The position numbers and the translations under genes were made by a program. This document shows, in pieces, positions 15,101 through 30,100 of a DNA stretch of 64,000 nucleotides. The DNA is taken from positions 169,249 through 233,248 of the forward strand of contig NMRA01000477.1 of assembly GCA_002633005.1 (NCBI GenBank), in the 5' to 3' direction. How positions within the stretch are numbered: the first letter of the stretch is position 1; each line of letters begins with the position of its first letter. The notes beneath the pieces were generated by a model. It worked only from the letters and a program-made list of their open reading frames with translations. It made no database searches and was not told where the DNA came from. This stretch comes from Phoronis australis. Lineage: Eukaryota; Animalia; Phoronida.

Positions 15101-18100
15101 CACAGTTGAAATGCAAGTCCAGCGTTAGGTTTTAGTTCTTTGTCACCAGCTTAGGACACAATATGGTGGACAAGTGAAATTTTATTTTCTCACTTTTTCG
15201 TAGAGGATTGGTAGCACCAAATCAGTGCTTTAATATTTTTTGAGTTCATTGCTATAGCTACCATCAGATTTTTTCAAAAATTCTGAGAGATGAGAACAAT
15301 ATTAGAAACCCTTGAAAAATAAGAGTAGTAAGTTTTGGCCATTATGTTATTTTTGTACAAAAATTTGTGAGGTTTTATGGTATATCTCAAACAGTGCTTT
15401 TAATGTTGTATGTATTAACTTTGCCAGTTTCTGGTCGCACGTCTCGTTCTAAGAGGGCTGTCTCTCGACCTACCACATTGGCCCGCACTCTCTCTGTCAG
15501 CACTACCCGCTGTTTCTACAAGGACTGTATTGTTCCACCGTCCCCAAAGGAGGTCCCACCTGCCCGAGCCACACCCGCCAATCCGTACTACTGGTCAGAT
15601 GTGTCCATTTGGCCAGACAAGAGACTCCCCGTGGATGGTGATGACGTCGTCATTCCAGAAGGTCGGTTGGTCATTTATATGCTCTACAGTGTCAAAATGC
15701 CTTGAAAACAATACATTTGACCCACTCCTTTGTTCACATATCTACACTTAAGTAGTGTTTTACAGTTGCGTAGGACTGTGACTAACTGCGGAACATCGTC
15801 TCTCAGAAATGGCTGATTGGATTCATACTTATATGATTAATGCTTTATTCAACAAAACGCTGTTAGGAATGTTGTTTTTGAAGTGTTTCACTTTCGGCAT
15901 AAAGGGCTATCAAAAATACAATTTTCATGAAAAAATCCAATATTGCATAAAAGGACAGAGAAATATTTAAGAAAATGGTAACAGCATTTTTGATGTCTTG
16001 TCAAATAAAGTTTGATCAGCCTTATTGCGTTTTTGATGTGTTATCAAATAAAATTTGATCAGTCTTATTGCTATCACTGTACCTTTTCTACTAAATTTCA
16101 CTAAAAAGCCATGGTCACAATTAATGGCAGATTGGTAGAAAATCAAATAAATTTTACAAGGTTTCTACTTTCGGAAAATATGAGCTGTCTTCAACATCTC
16201 TTGTGGCATTTTTGTTGCCCATCTTACCATATGGATTATTATATCATAATTGTATCTTTCTTTCACCCATATTATTTGTATTTGTATTAATTTTGTATTC
16301 TGTCATAATACATGACCTTATTTTGCCATCTCTGGTTACATTAACATAAATACTTTTACTGACCGTCAAATTCTAGTGTTCTAGATATTTGATAAATACA
16401 CAAACTTGTCAAGAAGGTCTTACATAATGTTAAGGTTTAAGTTACTAGTAGTCTTGGCTGTGGACAGAAGCAATGTTGGCCTAGTCCTTGGTAACACAGC
16501 AAAGAGTGACTGTGCTGTCACCAGTAGTCATCAAAGTGTTCCCCATTTGTCCAACAAAACCAATAAACCTTAAAAGTATACACATTGATCAAGTGACCTC
16601 TGTGCCATTTAGATACCAAATTTGTGGATAGCAGTAAATGTAATCAGTTGCCGCACTGTGTTATTTAATTCCTTAAAATTTGATGTCATAAAATTTGGTA
16701 CGTTATAAGTTATTTCATAGTAGGTTTTTTTCTAGATTATCATTATGGCTGGTGTGTTGGTTTTGTTAGTTTGCCAATTGAAACATCTGGCTTATTTATG
16801 GTTGGTACCACATGTCAGGTCAGGTATTAGGATTAATGATTAATGGCATTATTTAGGGAATAAGGAGGGTATTTGTGTCACATGATAATGAATAGTCAGA
16901 CTGAGAGTGACTTCATAACAAAATCAAAATGAGAAAGGGATTGATAATATTCATTTGTAAATTAATTTCTTTGGCACTGGTGCTAATTCTTAGTTCTCAG
17001 CGAAGTAAAACTGTACTGGTTTGGGATTTAGAGATTCTGTTAAAAATTGTTCCTGAATTGTCAATGGTGGTTGAATCATAATAGTCTGATCTTTTCCAGA
17101 CAAATGGGTCATTGCTGACGTAGACTTCCCTGTTATGAAGAGCTTGACCATTCATGGTGGTCTGGAATTGACCAGTACCAAGAATGTGACCAGAAACTAT
17201 ACCTTAGAGACGACGTATTTGATTATTATTGGAGGTCGACTTGTTGTTGGTTGGGAGGATAAACCATTCACTGGCAGTGCTCGTATCGTACTGAGTGGCA
17301 CAGCTAACACAGAAGCGTACACAGGCAGAGGAACTCCGGTCGGGTCAAAGGTCATAGGTAAACAGCAAGTTTTTCCTTGTCATTAGTGCAGTAAAATCTC
17401 ACCAATTTATTACACGATATGGATGACAAGTGAAATTTTGTTTGTTTTTTTTTCTCATAAACCATGTGTAGCCCTAAATAAACAGATGCACTCATTTATA
17501 AGATCTATGCCATAGCTATACCCTGAGGCAAAGTTTCTGAAAATTTTAGGTGAAGTCAGAACAACATTAGAAGCCTTTGAAAAGGTACCAGTTTAAACAA
17601 TAATATTGTTTTTGTCTGAAATCATTGGACAAAAATATTGAAACTCAAAGTGTGCATGAGACAGTTGTCTCGCCAGCCTGGTTAAGTAAGATTATCCTCT
17701 AAGGATGGGTTCAAGCTATACTGTTATCATGCCATCTGTTTTGGAACATTGTCTGACTGCAGGCATTAATCACCAGTGAGCAATATATGAAACTCAGGGT
17801 CACGTCAAAAAATACTGTTACAACTTCATTGTTCGTTATTGTGCTTCCAAAACGAAAGTTGAAGGTTTTCCGTGATTAAGACATATAAGCACATCCAGGC
17901 AGCTGCATGAAGTTTGTAACCTAAGTCAACAAACCCAACACGCTCAGTATGCTACCTTGCTCTCTCTAACACTGGGGATAACTGAGGAAAGTCAGTATGT
18001 GGGTGAGATCAAAGGAAACCTTGTTCCTTTTCCACGCCTAATGTATTTGAGATTTTGAGGCAATGTTTGAATACAGTTTTTATGCATCTAAATATCCATT

Positions 18101-21100
18101 GGCATATATTGCCATCATCTCTGTCTGGCTTTTGTCTTGCATCAGTCTGGTGTGTGCTGCTGAATCTCCAAACTCTTGGTAGGATCTTTGTGAAATTTGT
18201 CAGGTGTGTACATGACTACAATTCGAACAAATCAATATTCTTGGATTCAAATGATTTCTCTTCATAGGATTCTCACAAATTACCACTCTGGTCATTAGAT
18301 GACTTTCCAGAATCAAGCTGTTTTGAATTCATGTTTATTGGGTGCCATTGCCAGTAGAGATGGCACTGTTGAGTATCTTGCTCCAGGAAACAATTGGTCT
18401 TGTTTTTAGTAATTTTTGTGGATATGACCTAAACTTGTAATACCCTGCTACCTGGCGCCCTCTGTTGATCACACGGCATTTTTTCTATTACCAGCTTCAT
18501 TCGGTGGCCTTGACCTTCACGGTCAAAATCGCTACCCATACTGGACCCGACTTTCAAAGACAGTCAACGCCGGCGATAATTCCATCCACCTGCAGGCAGA
18601 AGTTGATTGGACAATTGGTGAAGAGATTTCATTGGCCAGCACGAGTTACAGTGCCTGGGAGACGGAGACATTCACCATCCGAGGAGTGTCTTCTGACAGA
18701 CGCCAACTGACACTGAATAGTACAGTCATGTATAGACACATAGGTATGAATCGTTGGCAAAGTATAAGACAGCTGTAATCTTCCTAATCTAGCCAGATCT
18801 TGTTTTCCATTGGCATGATTTTGTGCGATTTTGTGGCTGCAAAGACACTTTTTAGTGTCAAACATAAAGTTCCTTGGTTCCCAGTCATTGTGTAAAACCT
18901 TGAAAGAGACAAGTTTGTTTTGCATGAGAAATGAAAATAAAAACGAGAATGAAACTGATGGAAAATTCCACAAGGTAAACAGAAAACCCTTATTCTGTGA
19001 GTGATATAAGTTCAGTGCAAAATATGCCATACTACCTCTATTTTATGTGAAAAATATCTTTGAAAAATGAACATTAAATCCTTGAAAGTCATATATTAAT
19101 AAAAGACAATAGTACACTCATCTATTAGTGGGGACCAAAGTCACTAAACACATTTCAAACCAATGCACATGTCCCCCAGTATCTTGTCGTAGTTGTTTAG
19201 GACGTGTTTCAAAATATTAAATTTCTTCTTAATCATTTTCCAATCATTACTAAAAATATAATAAATGTGAGAGTTTGTCGCAACTAGGACAGTGGCTCCT
19301 CGGTCATAATTTCAGGGCATGTCTTGTTTGAGTTACAGGCGGTGGGGAGTATGGTATGGCTGCAGAGGTGGGACTACTCACTCGCAATATAAGAGTGGAA
19401 GGGAAGCCCTACAGCAAGATGGAAGTGGAATCTTATGGAGCTCGCCTTGTAGTGGGCGTCCTCATTGACAAGGAAGGCACACAACACACAGGTATCTACT
19501 CTAATCAAAGTTGCTACATGTCAGTTAATTGTTAAGTACAGGTGCACTGGAAACTCATCCCATTTCACGACACCTTTGTTCTTTGTCAATAGATTTGTCA
19601 TATTTATCAAGAAATATTTTATGTTGGTGCAATACTTAGCAGGTGTGTGTGACACTAGCAATACAAGAACGGTTTTGTGCAGCAGTGACTTCCAAATTAT
19701 TACGGGGCGTGCCTCGCATGTCCCTCTTCTACTGGTTGGAGAAATAATAGCAAAGCTGGTTCTGGTCCCTCTTTTTTTGAAAATCGTGTCAGTGGTGCAG
19801 GTTTGTTGAATTGCTCATTTTTTCAGAAAAGAAAATCCATCAGACAAGGAAAAGTGATACAGGTTTTTGTAACTCCGCTCATGGCAAACTGTGACATTTC
19901 AAATATTGCTCGCGTGCCTTTTTAAAAAGAACTTACCTTTTCAAAAAACAAACAAGGCCATGAGCTGATTGATGTGGATGCTTTTTGTCGATGATGTGGA
20001 AATTCTCTGTCATTCAGTCATCAAATGAAAGAACACTGTGAACACATAGCAGATGGAATTCAATGGACATACGTGTAATCACTAATGATATCACACCCAA
20101 TGTAAACTATGTGCCTTGAGCTATAAACCAGCAGTTGGAAATGGAGGTAACCCAAGTGTCGCCGTGAAGTTCTTGGGATGAAGTTTAAATTGTCATAATT
20201 TTGTTCACAATACATGAATTTTGTTCATAATCCAGGCTATGCGCGTATTCAGAACGTTCAGTTCTTTAACACTGGCCAGGAGGGCTTCAAGGAAGAGTAT
20301 GACCCACGTTACTCCGTGGCCTTTGTTGGTACGGGAACATCCACGCCACTCAAGCCTTCGTTCGTTAAGTACTGCTCCTTTCACAACGGTTTCTCCCCTG
20401 CTATTGGTCTGTACGGCGCCAATAACCTAACGGTGGCGGGCAATGTTGTGCATCACACTGTTGGTGGAGGTAAGTGAAATACACGTGCTTCCAAGTGGAG
20501 GAATTATGAGACCATGTGGTTTTAAAGTTTTGATGTGCTCTACGTCATACTCTAAACATATTGTAGTAACAAAGTTTCCGTATGTTACCATTCAGGGTAT
20601 GCTTTGATTGGTTTGTCCAGCATATATATATCAACACAGACTAATTATTTGATTATTTAGTCTTTTTTGTAGAAGTGTCAATTTTGTTGCTACAGTAACA
20701 GTTCGTAGACTTTCTCTAGCTCATAAATGTCATTGTTGTCCATTTGCAGCATTAATCATTTCTGGCGATGGCAATAAGATCTATAACAATTTGGCCATGT
20801 TAGACATATGGCCCGGTGCTTACCTAAATCGGACAGAGACTGCAAACGTCGACTTTCCTGCTGCTATTGATACATACAAAGCAACCAACGTCGAACTTGT
20901 GGGTAACGTGGTGGCTGGGGCGGAACGTGTTGGATATAACATCAAGCCGGGGTCTTGTAACAAAGCAGATGAGTCTGTGGTGGGAAACGTCGCGCACTCG
21001 TGTATGATGGGAATTGGTTATATTGGTTCCGAGGGAACTGGATGTTTGAAAATATCCGAGATCTTCATCTACAAGGCGATGTTTTTTGGAATTTACATGC

Positions 21101-24100
21101 AGGTGAACTATTTCTGTTGCTTGATAATTGTCGACTGATTTGTGATTATAGGTTTTTGATAACTTAGCCAAAGGGGCAAAAAATGCTTAAAAATTGCACC
21201 ATGGCGTAAAATAAAACCTATGCTGTGTTTAAATCTATGAAAGTTTGGTACACAAGTGCTCTAATGAAGCGAAATTAAGTAGAAATACGATGAATTTATT
21301 TGTAAAATGTCAGTATTATCGTTTCGTTTGTGTTAAGGCTTTTACTTATTAGTACACGCATATTATTTGATCATACCACGTCTATCTTGAAGTATCTGGA
21401 CATTCTTGATGTTTTCAGACTGCGGACAGTGTACGAATTGAGAACGTCACACTTGTGGACAATCAAGTAGGCGTCTTAGCAATGATAGTCGGCCCTGCTG
21501 CTTTGAGCCACAAGATGGCTAGCAAGACTGTGACTGTGGCTGACTCATTGATTGTTGGGACCTCTAGTGAGTTTAGTTGTTCAGCGGACAAAAAGCCGTC
21601 GGATGATAATACCGTATTTGGGGCTAAGGCGAAATCATGGGGTTCTGGAAGAATTGGTAAGTATTTAGTTAATTATTTGCTTTAGAATTTATTTTGTTCT
21701 TTTTGTTTTGTTGATGGGAAGATGAGACAGAATTTAATGAACAGCATTGCTAATAATTTCAGCATTTTGATGCAAGTGCTTTTATCTATTGCAGTGCAAG
21801 TCGTCCATAGTTACTTGGGTGGGTCCATAACTTCTAAGGATCCAAACATTGAGTCTGGAAATTCTTACTGTTGTTCAGAATGATGAACACTGTACATATT
21901 GGAAATTAATGAAATGAATCTGGGAGAATTTTTAAGCCGATTAACCAAGAAACAAAACTGTCAAATGGTAATCCCCAGTTCTTTATTTTTATTTCTTATA
22001 ACTTATTACAAATTGCATCCATGAAATCATTTTATGTTTTTAGCTAATTGGTTTGGTAAGTGACCCAGAGGTGTAGCCTTGGGTGAGCCCTGTGTGCGTA
22101 AGATGTTCTCTATCTCAGGTTTGCCTTGTCTCATGGCTCATAGTTAATATTGCTTATTACAAGGTGTGGGTTTCTCAAGTTTTATGTCTGGAGGGAATGG
22201 TGCTCCTGAGAAATCTTGGAAAGGTGTTATGAGTTATCCTGCTATAGGTGGCGCTACATACATTGATGGTGAGTGGTGACATGAATGAATTTATTACAAA
22301 ATTTTCATATTAACAACATTCATATTCTCGTCCTTTTATTCTTGCATTGTCTTGTTGTTAGTTAAATGTTTGTTATACAAATCAAGGGAATATATGTGTG
22401 GCCTCAGTCTATACTTCATTATTCTTTATCACACAGTTGCTAGATTTGAAAACTATGGTTCACGTCTCTTGTTTCATGCCACCAATTGTTTTATTTTACA
22501 TATCAGGTGTAACATTTGCCAAGTTTGGGACACGTTGTGGGCGGGACGTTGCCATATCAACCAATCCCAGCAGCGACGACGCCCAGCACCCAGTCTACGC
22601 TAGTAACATCCAGTGGAAGGACACACCCCTTGACAGTAGAATTCTCTTCCACACGCCTAATCTTGGGTATGTGCTGACAACAGGCCTACTTTGACTGAGA
22701 TGTTTTGAAATCAACTCAAAACACACAATTGTTTCTTTTTTAATTGATGTAATACGGGACATGTACCCTGTGATTACTGTACTCTTGTGATTGGCCTGTA
22801 TGGGATGTACTGTAGTGGTAGATACTGTACTCTTGTGATTGGCCTGTATGGGATGTACTGTAGTGGTAGATACTGTACTCTTGTGATTGGCCTGTATGGG
22901 ATGTACTGTAGTGGTAGAGCCGCTGTGTACAGCGCATGGTGTTACTCCCGCATTTCAGCCCCTTTCTAATAGATCAAAATGGGCATACATTGCCTTATTG
23001 CCTGTGCTTAGGTAATACTTTGCTCACAGTCCTGCATTTGTACGCGCTCTGTTGTGTACTATTGTATGCTGCGTACAACCCTGAGTTTGTTGCAGTTAAG
23101 TAGGCAACAAACTCAAGATTACAGACCATGAGTCCTGTCAGATTTTCAACGCTACATGTACTACTTAGATGTCAGTGCAGGATCTGACCTAAGAGATGTC
23201 TTAATTGTAGGCTACGTTATTTTGAAATACTTTTCTCGTAGTTAGTGTTCTGATATAGTACACGATAAATGTAATTGGACAAAATGGTCAAGAACTGCCT
23301 GTCATGACAGCTGACCGCAAATGAAATTTGGTTGTCATAGTAGCTGTCTATCATGACCGATAATGGCCAGGATGTAAAAATTAACCACTCAAATGGAGTT
23401 GCCCTTCAAACCCTGAATGATCCTCAGGATAAGGATTTGGAAGACACAAGCCACAAACACTTTTAAGGTCAGATCCTTACATGAGGGGTCTGGGGCACTG
23501 GAATGTGTGTTAGTGGTAGTGTGTTTAATACCCAAAAGAGTAACAATTGGCTTGTGCACACAACAGCCCAATTATATTCTGCTCAAAGTGTGAGCTCGTC
23601 CATCCACAAGTTGGGGTACCTTTACTACCGACCGCCTGATTACGAGTGCGAAGTGTCTCAGATAATGTGTTTAATACGTTTCAGCTTCCTGTTTGGTTTC
23701 GAGCAGTGATAATTAGCTCACAGTGTACTGCATGCGCCTGAGTGTTCAGTTATTTCAACTTCTCCATTTTTATCATTTGATTATTAATAAACTGGGCATC
23801 AACTGGATCTTAACTGACATACCCTTGTGAAACGAGTTCAGTGCCTGAGTGAAACGAGAATTTTTAATATCTTAATGATCCCAGTTGCCTAAAGGATCTG
23901 TGGATATTTGAATAGGGGAATGCCTGATAATTTTGTCCGGTTACATTAATGTGTGTACTGTTTGCTTCTAATTCAATTTTATGTTGAGAATTCTTTTCTT
24001 CCAGCAAAATTAACCCCAGCGACTGTGTGGACATGGATTGTGATGCACTCAAGAAAGCTCTGGTCCGTGACATTGATGGAACACTTCTGGGCACACCAGG

Positions 24101-27100
24101 TGGCGCTGTTCTGCCCAAATCGGAGTTCCAGTGGGGTGGGGACAAGAGACGGGGTTTGGGGAACTACCGGATCCCCTACGCCATGTTGACAACGGTGGAG
24201 GGGGTGAGACTGGACGCCGACACGAAATTCCCTCATAAAGGTGCGTGGTGATAAATGTTGAAGGATCATGTGTTCAGAATGGATAGCTTGCCATACAAAG
24301 AGTGCAGGATACTATTCGTGTTGGATTCCCTGACTTATATATTAAGTGCCGTTGTACTGCTGACAAGTATGTGAGATAACTATGTTTGAGATAACTTTCA
24401 ATCACGGTGTGTTTCTCGGAGAATCCTGGTGTTGCATTTTTTAGCTGATGTTATTCCATTTTATATGAAACTGGTCTCAAATTGTTCTGGACCCACAGTG
24501 TTGAGCCGTTATATCGAGTCTGTTCTCACTAAGCAATAACGAGGCCTCAATTCATATCAAGCCTGGAAATCTCTTCTAATCTTAAATAAGGAAAAAGTTG
24601 GGACCATCATCAATGAAAAGCTAATACTAGGTTTTTGCTGGAATACAGGTCTATTGCAACTTAAGTGGGGGGGTGGTGAATATACTTATGGGCCAACTGA
24701 CGGACATTCATTAGCCTGACTGGTCATGGTGTCACTATTGTGGGGACTATAGGCATTTATCTGAACTAATGGAAAAAGAAATGAATATTGAGACAGACTT
24801 TTAGTCAAATGACTTAAATTCACTTAAGTTGGATTATGCACTCAATATGCACTCAATATGCACTCAATATGCGTATGATTTCCAGGACTGTTCCGAGGCA
24901 CTCCTTCAAGTTGCACGTGGAATTCTGTTTGGAATGCTTATCGTTGCGCCAACTTGGACCACCAAATGATGATAATAGAAAGTTTAGACAAGGACACGGA
25001 GACTCGCCGATTGTCACCTGTCGCCTTGGCAACGGAAGGCTACGTTGATTTGATCAATGGCCCACAGGATCATGGATGGTGCGGGCACTACACATGCCAC
25101 AAGCGTATTTCTACATTCTACTCTCTGGTTGCCATGAGTGAGTAGTCTTCTTTTCACATTAAACTCGTCATAGCCAATAGGTGTCCCATGGTGTATGACC
25201 ATCTGACACTATATAAAACCTCAATAATCAGCCTAACTGGATTGAAAACAGTTCACCAAGTTCCCGTTAGTCGCATTCAATGGGTAATTTCATCAGATAA
25301 GAAGATTTAAGTGTTCACTAGAAGTCAACTTGCCTGAGTTGGAGTATAGTCAAATGGCTCCCCCTGTTTTGTTAGTCTTTAATACACACATGCTTAAGTC
25401 CAATTCAGTGGGGCCCAAGGTGCCTGGCCACACTTCTGGACACGATCAAACAAAGTTTGTCAACTGTTAAAGCATACACTGCACTACATAATGTGTTGCT
25501 GGCAAATATCTGGCAGCACATTATCTTGGCTAATCACATAGCTGCTCTTGATTGAATTTGCCGGTTCCACAGGGTTATCTGGCGAAGACATCTGGTTGGT
25601 TTAAAAGCTGGAAGTCATCATCGAGAGCCAATCAGATATCTTAGGTAGCGGAGTCAATCAAGTACAGCCATTGACATTGACAATTCTTAAATACAAAAAT
25701 TGGTATCAAGATACCGTATATGTACAAGGCCCAAGCACCTGTTTCTATAGTATATTTTCTCCCCCAAATATTTTTGTTCAATTGTTTCTTGCTTTCGCAC
25801 ATGGTAGGTGCTGCTACCCAGGGGATTGTTTGTAATTTATGTGGCTAATGCACTTGTTGAGCTCTCCAGTGAGAGAGATGTAATAAGGTAAGCTGGTCGT
25901 GAAGTTGTTATTATTTATCTCAGCTGCATACTTAATCCATGTGTATCATGAATGTTATTGTGTGGGTAGACCTAAAATTACTACCAGTAATAAAGTCGCA
26001 GCAGCTGTACATATAGGTGCATGCTGATATATAAGGTTTGATCTTATTTACAAAAAGTAAATGTTTTAACAAATAGCACCTGCTTGCTTGCTGTGAACAG
26101 TTCCGTCTGCTTACCTTTCCAGATTACAACTACACTATGTTCTTTACGAGCACCAATCCAAAGAAGCTGCGGCTGCGATTGTTGAACGTTAATATTAACC
26201 AGGGGATTACCATCTCCATCTGGTATGCGGATCCTCGTCGGCTGGATATATACTACGATGGTCAGTACATCTTTCCAATGAACTCGCGTCTGACTGCAAA
26301 AGGTTCCCATGGCTACAAAGCCCCTACCTATGATGGTGAATTTGTACCCTCCGTCAATTCGCTGCCAGGCTCCAATTTCTTTGACAGACGAACTGGTATC
26401 ATCCACATTACTGTAAAGGGACCCAAACATTTGGATATCATCACTAAAGACGTCATTATTCTGAACTGGTCTCTGCCACCAATCACGGTTGACGATTTCT
26501 TTGGCGATAATCTCGTCGCTAACCTGGCAGCGTTTTTCGACATTCCACCTAGTAAGATCCGCATTGTTAATGTGGTGCAAGAAACGAAGACACGCCGCCG
26601 GCGCAGCATACAAACAACCTCTGTACAAGTTGAAATCGGCGACGAACCGTCGAGCGCCCACCACTACAATGACACCGTAGCAGGATCATTAAGCCATGAG
26701 CAGTTGGTAAACCTTAGCTCTTCCATTGTTAGCGCCCAGCAGCTGGGTAAGTTGGATCCAGTGCTCAACAGTACTGTATTGGGACTCACCGTATTGGAGC
26801 CCCTACCTGACACAGGCAGCGATCAGTGGAAGCAGGCTGCAAACAATCCGTCCTCGTCATCGCTGCAATACAGCGTGCAGGTTCCCAAGACAATGGAGCT
26901 GTATGCTGACGTGCAAGGTCAGCAAGAGGGCTCTCCATTCTTTTCACAGCCAAAACTAAGGATGCTGGACAGTGCAGTAAGTCATGGGGCCGATTATTCA
27001 GTCTCTAGCAATACATATTTGAGTGCATATCGTTATCTCAGTCTGGCGATCTCGCTTCAACCCCTTAAAGGATAGGCCTGCCTTGCTATGAATTTTTGTA

Positions 27101-30100
27101 ACAGTAACTTAAAGCTTGTAGGCATGAATTATGAGGCTAACTCTAAAGTGATTTAGAAGCTGAGCTTGATCCTGAACTAATGTTCCCCAATGCCTTTCCT
27201 TAAAGGCTGTCCACAATGATCTGTCAAACTGCATTTTCTATACAATTCAATAGCTATGTTGTTATTAAAGAGAGTATTCAAAAATCTTTAATTTAAAGCC
27301 GCTCACTAATTTTCGGATCAGTAACGATGTTTTCACCATGGAAGATTTTTTGTTTACCACTCCCTCCTATGGGAATTTTTGAAATAATGACCATCCCTTG
27401 TATTTTTGCTGCTGGTGGTACACATGGTGGTTCAACACTTATGGCTTTGCTCTTGTGGTAAGGGTTTTACTCTCAGTCATGTCTGAGTTCATAACATTTG
27501 CTGATATTTGCAGTTGCAATTTATTTGTTTGTGATGATTATTATGCATGGAATGTATTACGCAATCTTTGGGTTCATTTACTCAATGTTTTTGTGTTAAC
27601 ATTAGGGTGAACTAGTCAAGGTGTTGGGCTCTCTGTCATCTCCGTGGGAGCTCCAAGCAGAGCTCCGAACCGGACCCTCCTCAGACCCTCGCGCCATACT
27701 TGTCGGGAAGTCAAAAATACCATTCAAAGATGGTTGGGCCAACTTCACAGACCTTGCCATATCTCACAGTGGGGGAGATTACTCCATTTACTTCTCCGTC
27801 ATCTACTCTTCGGAGACGGAGAAAATGTTTAACAAAATCTCGTCCAAAGTAACGTTGGAGCCGCAGCAACTAAAAGCTGGAGTCGTTAATCAAACGCACA
27901 GCATTGAAGCAGGCCAGCCAATAGAGGTCACTGTTCAGATTCAAGATTACCTTACTGGAACTGTGCACCACAATATCACTTGGAAGGTAAGCATGCAGGT
28001 TTCAGCATGTGGCTCTTAAAATCTTATGTTTGTTTTTGAAAGATTCAATATTTCTTCTCATTAAAACTCAACGAAATTACAATGAAAAACTTGGCTCACT
28101 TTTGGGATTGTTATATTAGTCGAGAATGAATCAGAAGTCAAGTTTGGAAGAGGCAGGTTCATATTTTGGAAATGCCAAAACCAACATTTCCAGTTGTGAC
28201 TGCTTAATTGCTATATTCATTTGGTATTGTTGTTAGCATTGCCATAATTATTAGTTATTATTATCACTGTGATTATTTTTTATTATTTTGATTATCACCA
28301 TCTTGTACAGGACCACACATGGAATTGCCAGGTGTCACTCTACATGCCTGGGCTATACAAGAGTACAGCTGTCATCTCAGGCACCGTTGAAGTCACGTTT
28401 AATGTGACCACGAGCGAAGCGTACTTCACCGACCTGTCAATCAATGTGGGCCCAGCACGTTACTTTTTCCAGTTCGACGTTAAGTCTCTACCGCCGACAT
28501 ATTTCTTCACAACACTTTCAGGTAATATGTAGGGCAGTTGCGGATGTTGTATCAGTGCCAGAGCGGAGCAATTACTTCATTAGCAATTACTGCATGGCAA
28601 CAAAATACTGAGGCTGAAATAGTTCTTTGAAGAGTGATAGATAATTGGTGTGCAAGTCCTGATGCTTGGCAAAGGACTCCAGCAACGCTTAACAAATTAT
28701 AGACTAGATTCTGGATTTAGAACCTGCTGTTATATGGAGTTGATAATAAGCGAGAGATATTGGTAATCACATGCGCTGGATAAAGATTATTTTAGATTTA
28801 GACCAATCTGATTTCAACTTTTTCCTTACTTAGATTAGAAGTGATTTCGACACATAAAGTGACCGCTGGTCAAAGCAACTTATGAGCCTGGTCTTAATCA
28901 GTTACAATCTGTCAGTTCGTACTGAGAACTGGGTCCCTGTTTCAAATTTTAAGACAGAAACTCGCAGCGTAAGACCAATTAAGTTTCAGTATTCAGTCTT
29001 AAGTCACTTTTTATGAAACTGACCCCAGGGATTGATACATCTAACTAGTGTAAGGAACAATTAATCAAAATATTTAAGTCACAAAACTCATGCTGTCCCT
29101 CAAGTTCCTGCTCTCATGGACTGTGTTATTTTCAATACTCCAGGTGCGATTGATGTCTGGCCCTCAGGCCACACATCTGTGAAGACAGATGTCAAGAAGC
29201 AAGTGGAGCTGAAATTTGATGCGAACTATGATACTGCTGTAAAGGGGAAGGAGCCCTATTTCTCAGCACTCATTTACAATACGTATATGTCAAAGTACAA
29301 GGATATCGTACTATCCAACTTTGCCCTCGCTCCAGGTTGGTTCTTTCAAATGCCACAAGTCTTACTTTATGTGCACGCTTTGGAAATCCAGTGCTCTCTG
29401 TCAAACAGATTCTGAAGTAACTAAGAAACGACTTGAGACAAATTTTATAATTGTAAGCGTCCTGAATCAAAACTTATTTTTTTGACTCAAAGTATGCCTT
29501 TAATGCTGGCTTGATACAAAATTTGATACAAATAGGGATAGTATTCTGATGTAACGTGTGCCCATATTTTGGAGAAAACTGGTTCTCAAAATTTGGGCAT
29601 GTTATATCAGACCATTACTTAAATGGGTGTATAATAATTGCTGACATTTATATAAAATACGTTAATTATGCTCTACAACGGACGTCTTTTTAACCATTGA
29701 TGAAGTAATTATGCGTCATTTTTATCCCAAAATTGACATTTTCAGGAAGCATAGTCGTGAAGTTTGATGTGGCTGGAAATGATGTAGGTGTGGAAACGTT
29801 TCTGAATGGCGTAGCCAATGACGTGAACTCGTCGATGTCTCTAGAGTTCAACAAGGGGAACATCACTGCCGTCAAGCTCATGAAAGTTGATGGTGTTTAC
29901 TATAAAGGCCTGGACGGAAACGTGGTGCCTCCACCGGTGAGTAAAGTTGTCTTGGTTTATAGTGATTTATTGAAATATATACAAGAATGCTATATAACTT
30001 GCTTTAGTTTGTAAAATATGGAAAAACAGCCGAATGTTTTACCACAGCCGAATGTTTTACCAAATGTCTGAACGTTCTGTTTTACATTGATAAAGACAAG

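Noticed and set aside
19316-19338. Upstream TTTCAG acceptor for the 19.3-kb exon
   Set aside because: Out of phase with the conserved AAEVGLLTRN frame; the acceptor at 19337-19338 keeps frame.
22775-22918. Regular 48-bp repeats and their repetitive ORFs as a CRISPR array or repeat protein
   Set aside because: Identical head-to-tail units without spacers, inside a eukaryotic intron; an ordinary minisatellite.
25489-25523. Small hairpin ATAATGTGTTGC...GCAGCACATTAT
   Set aside because: Short intronic palindrome with no other support for an ncRNA.
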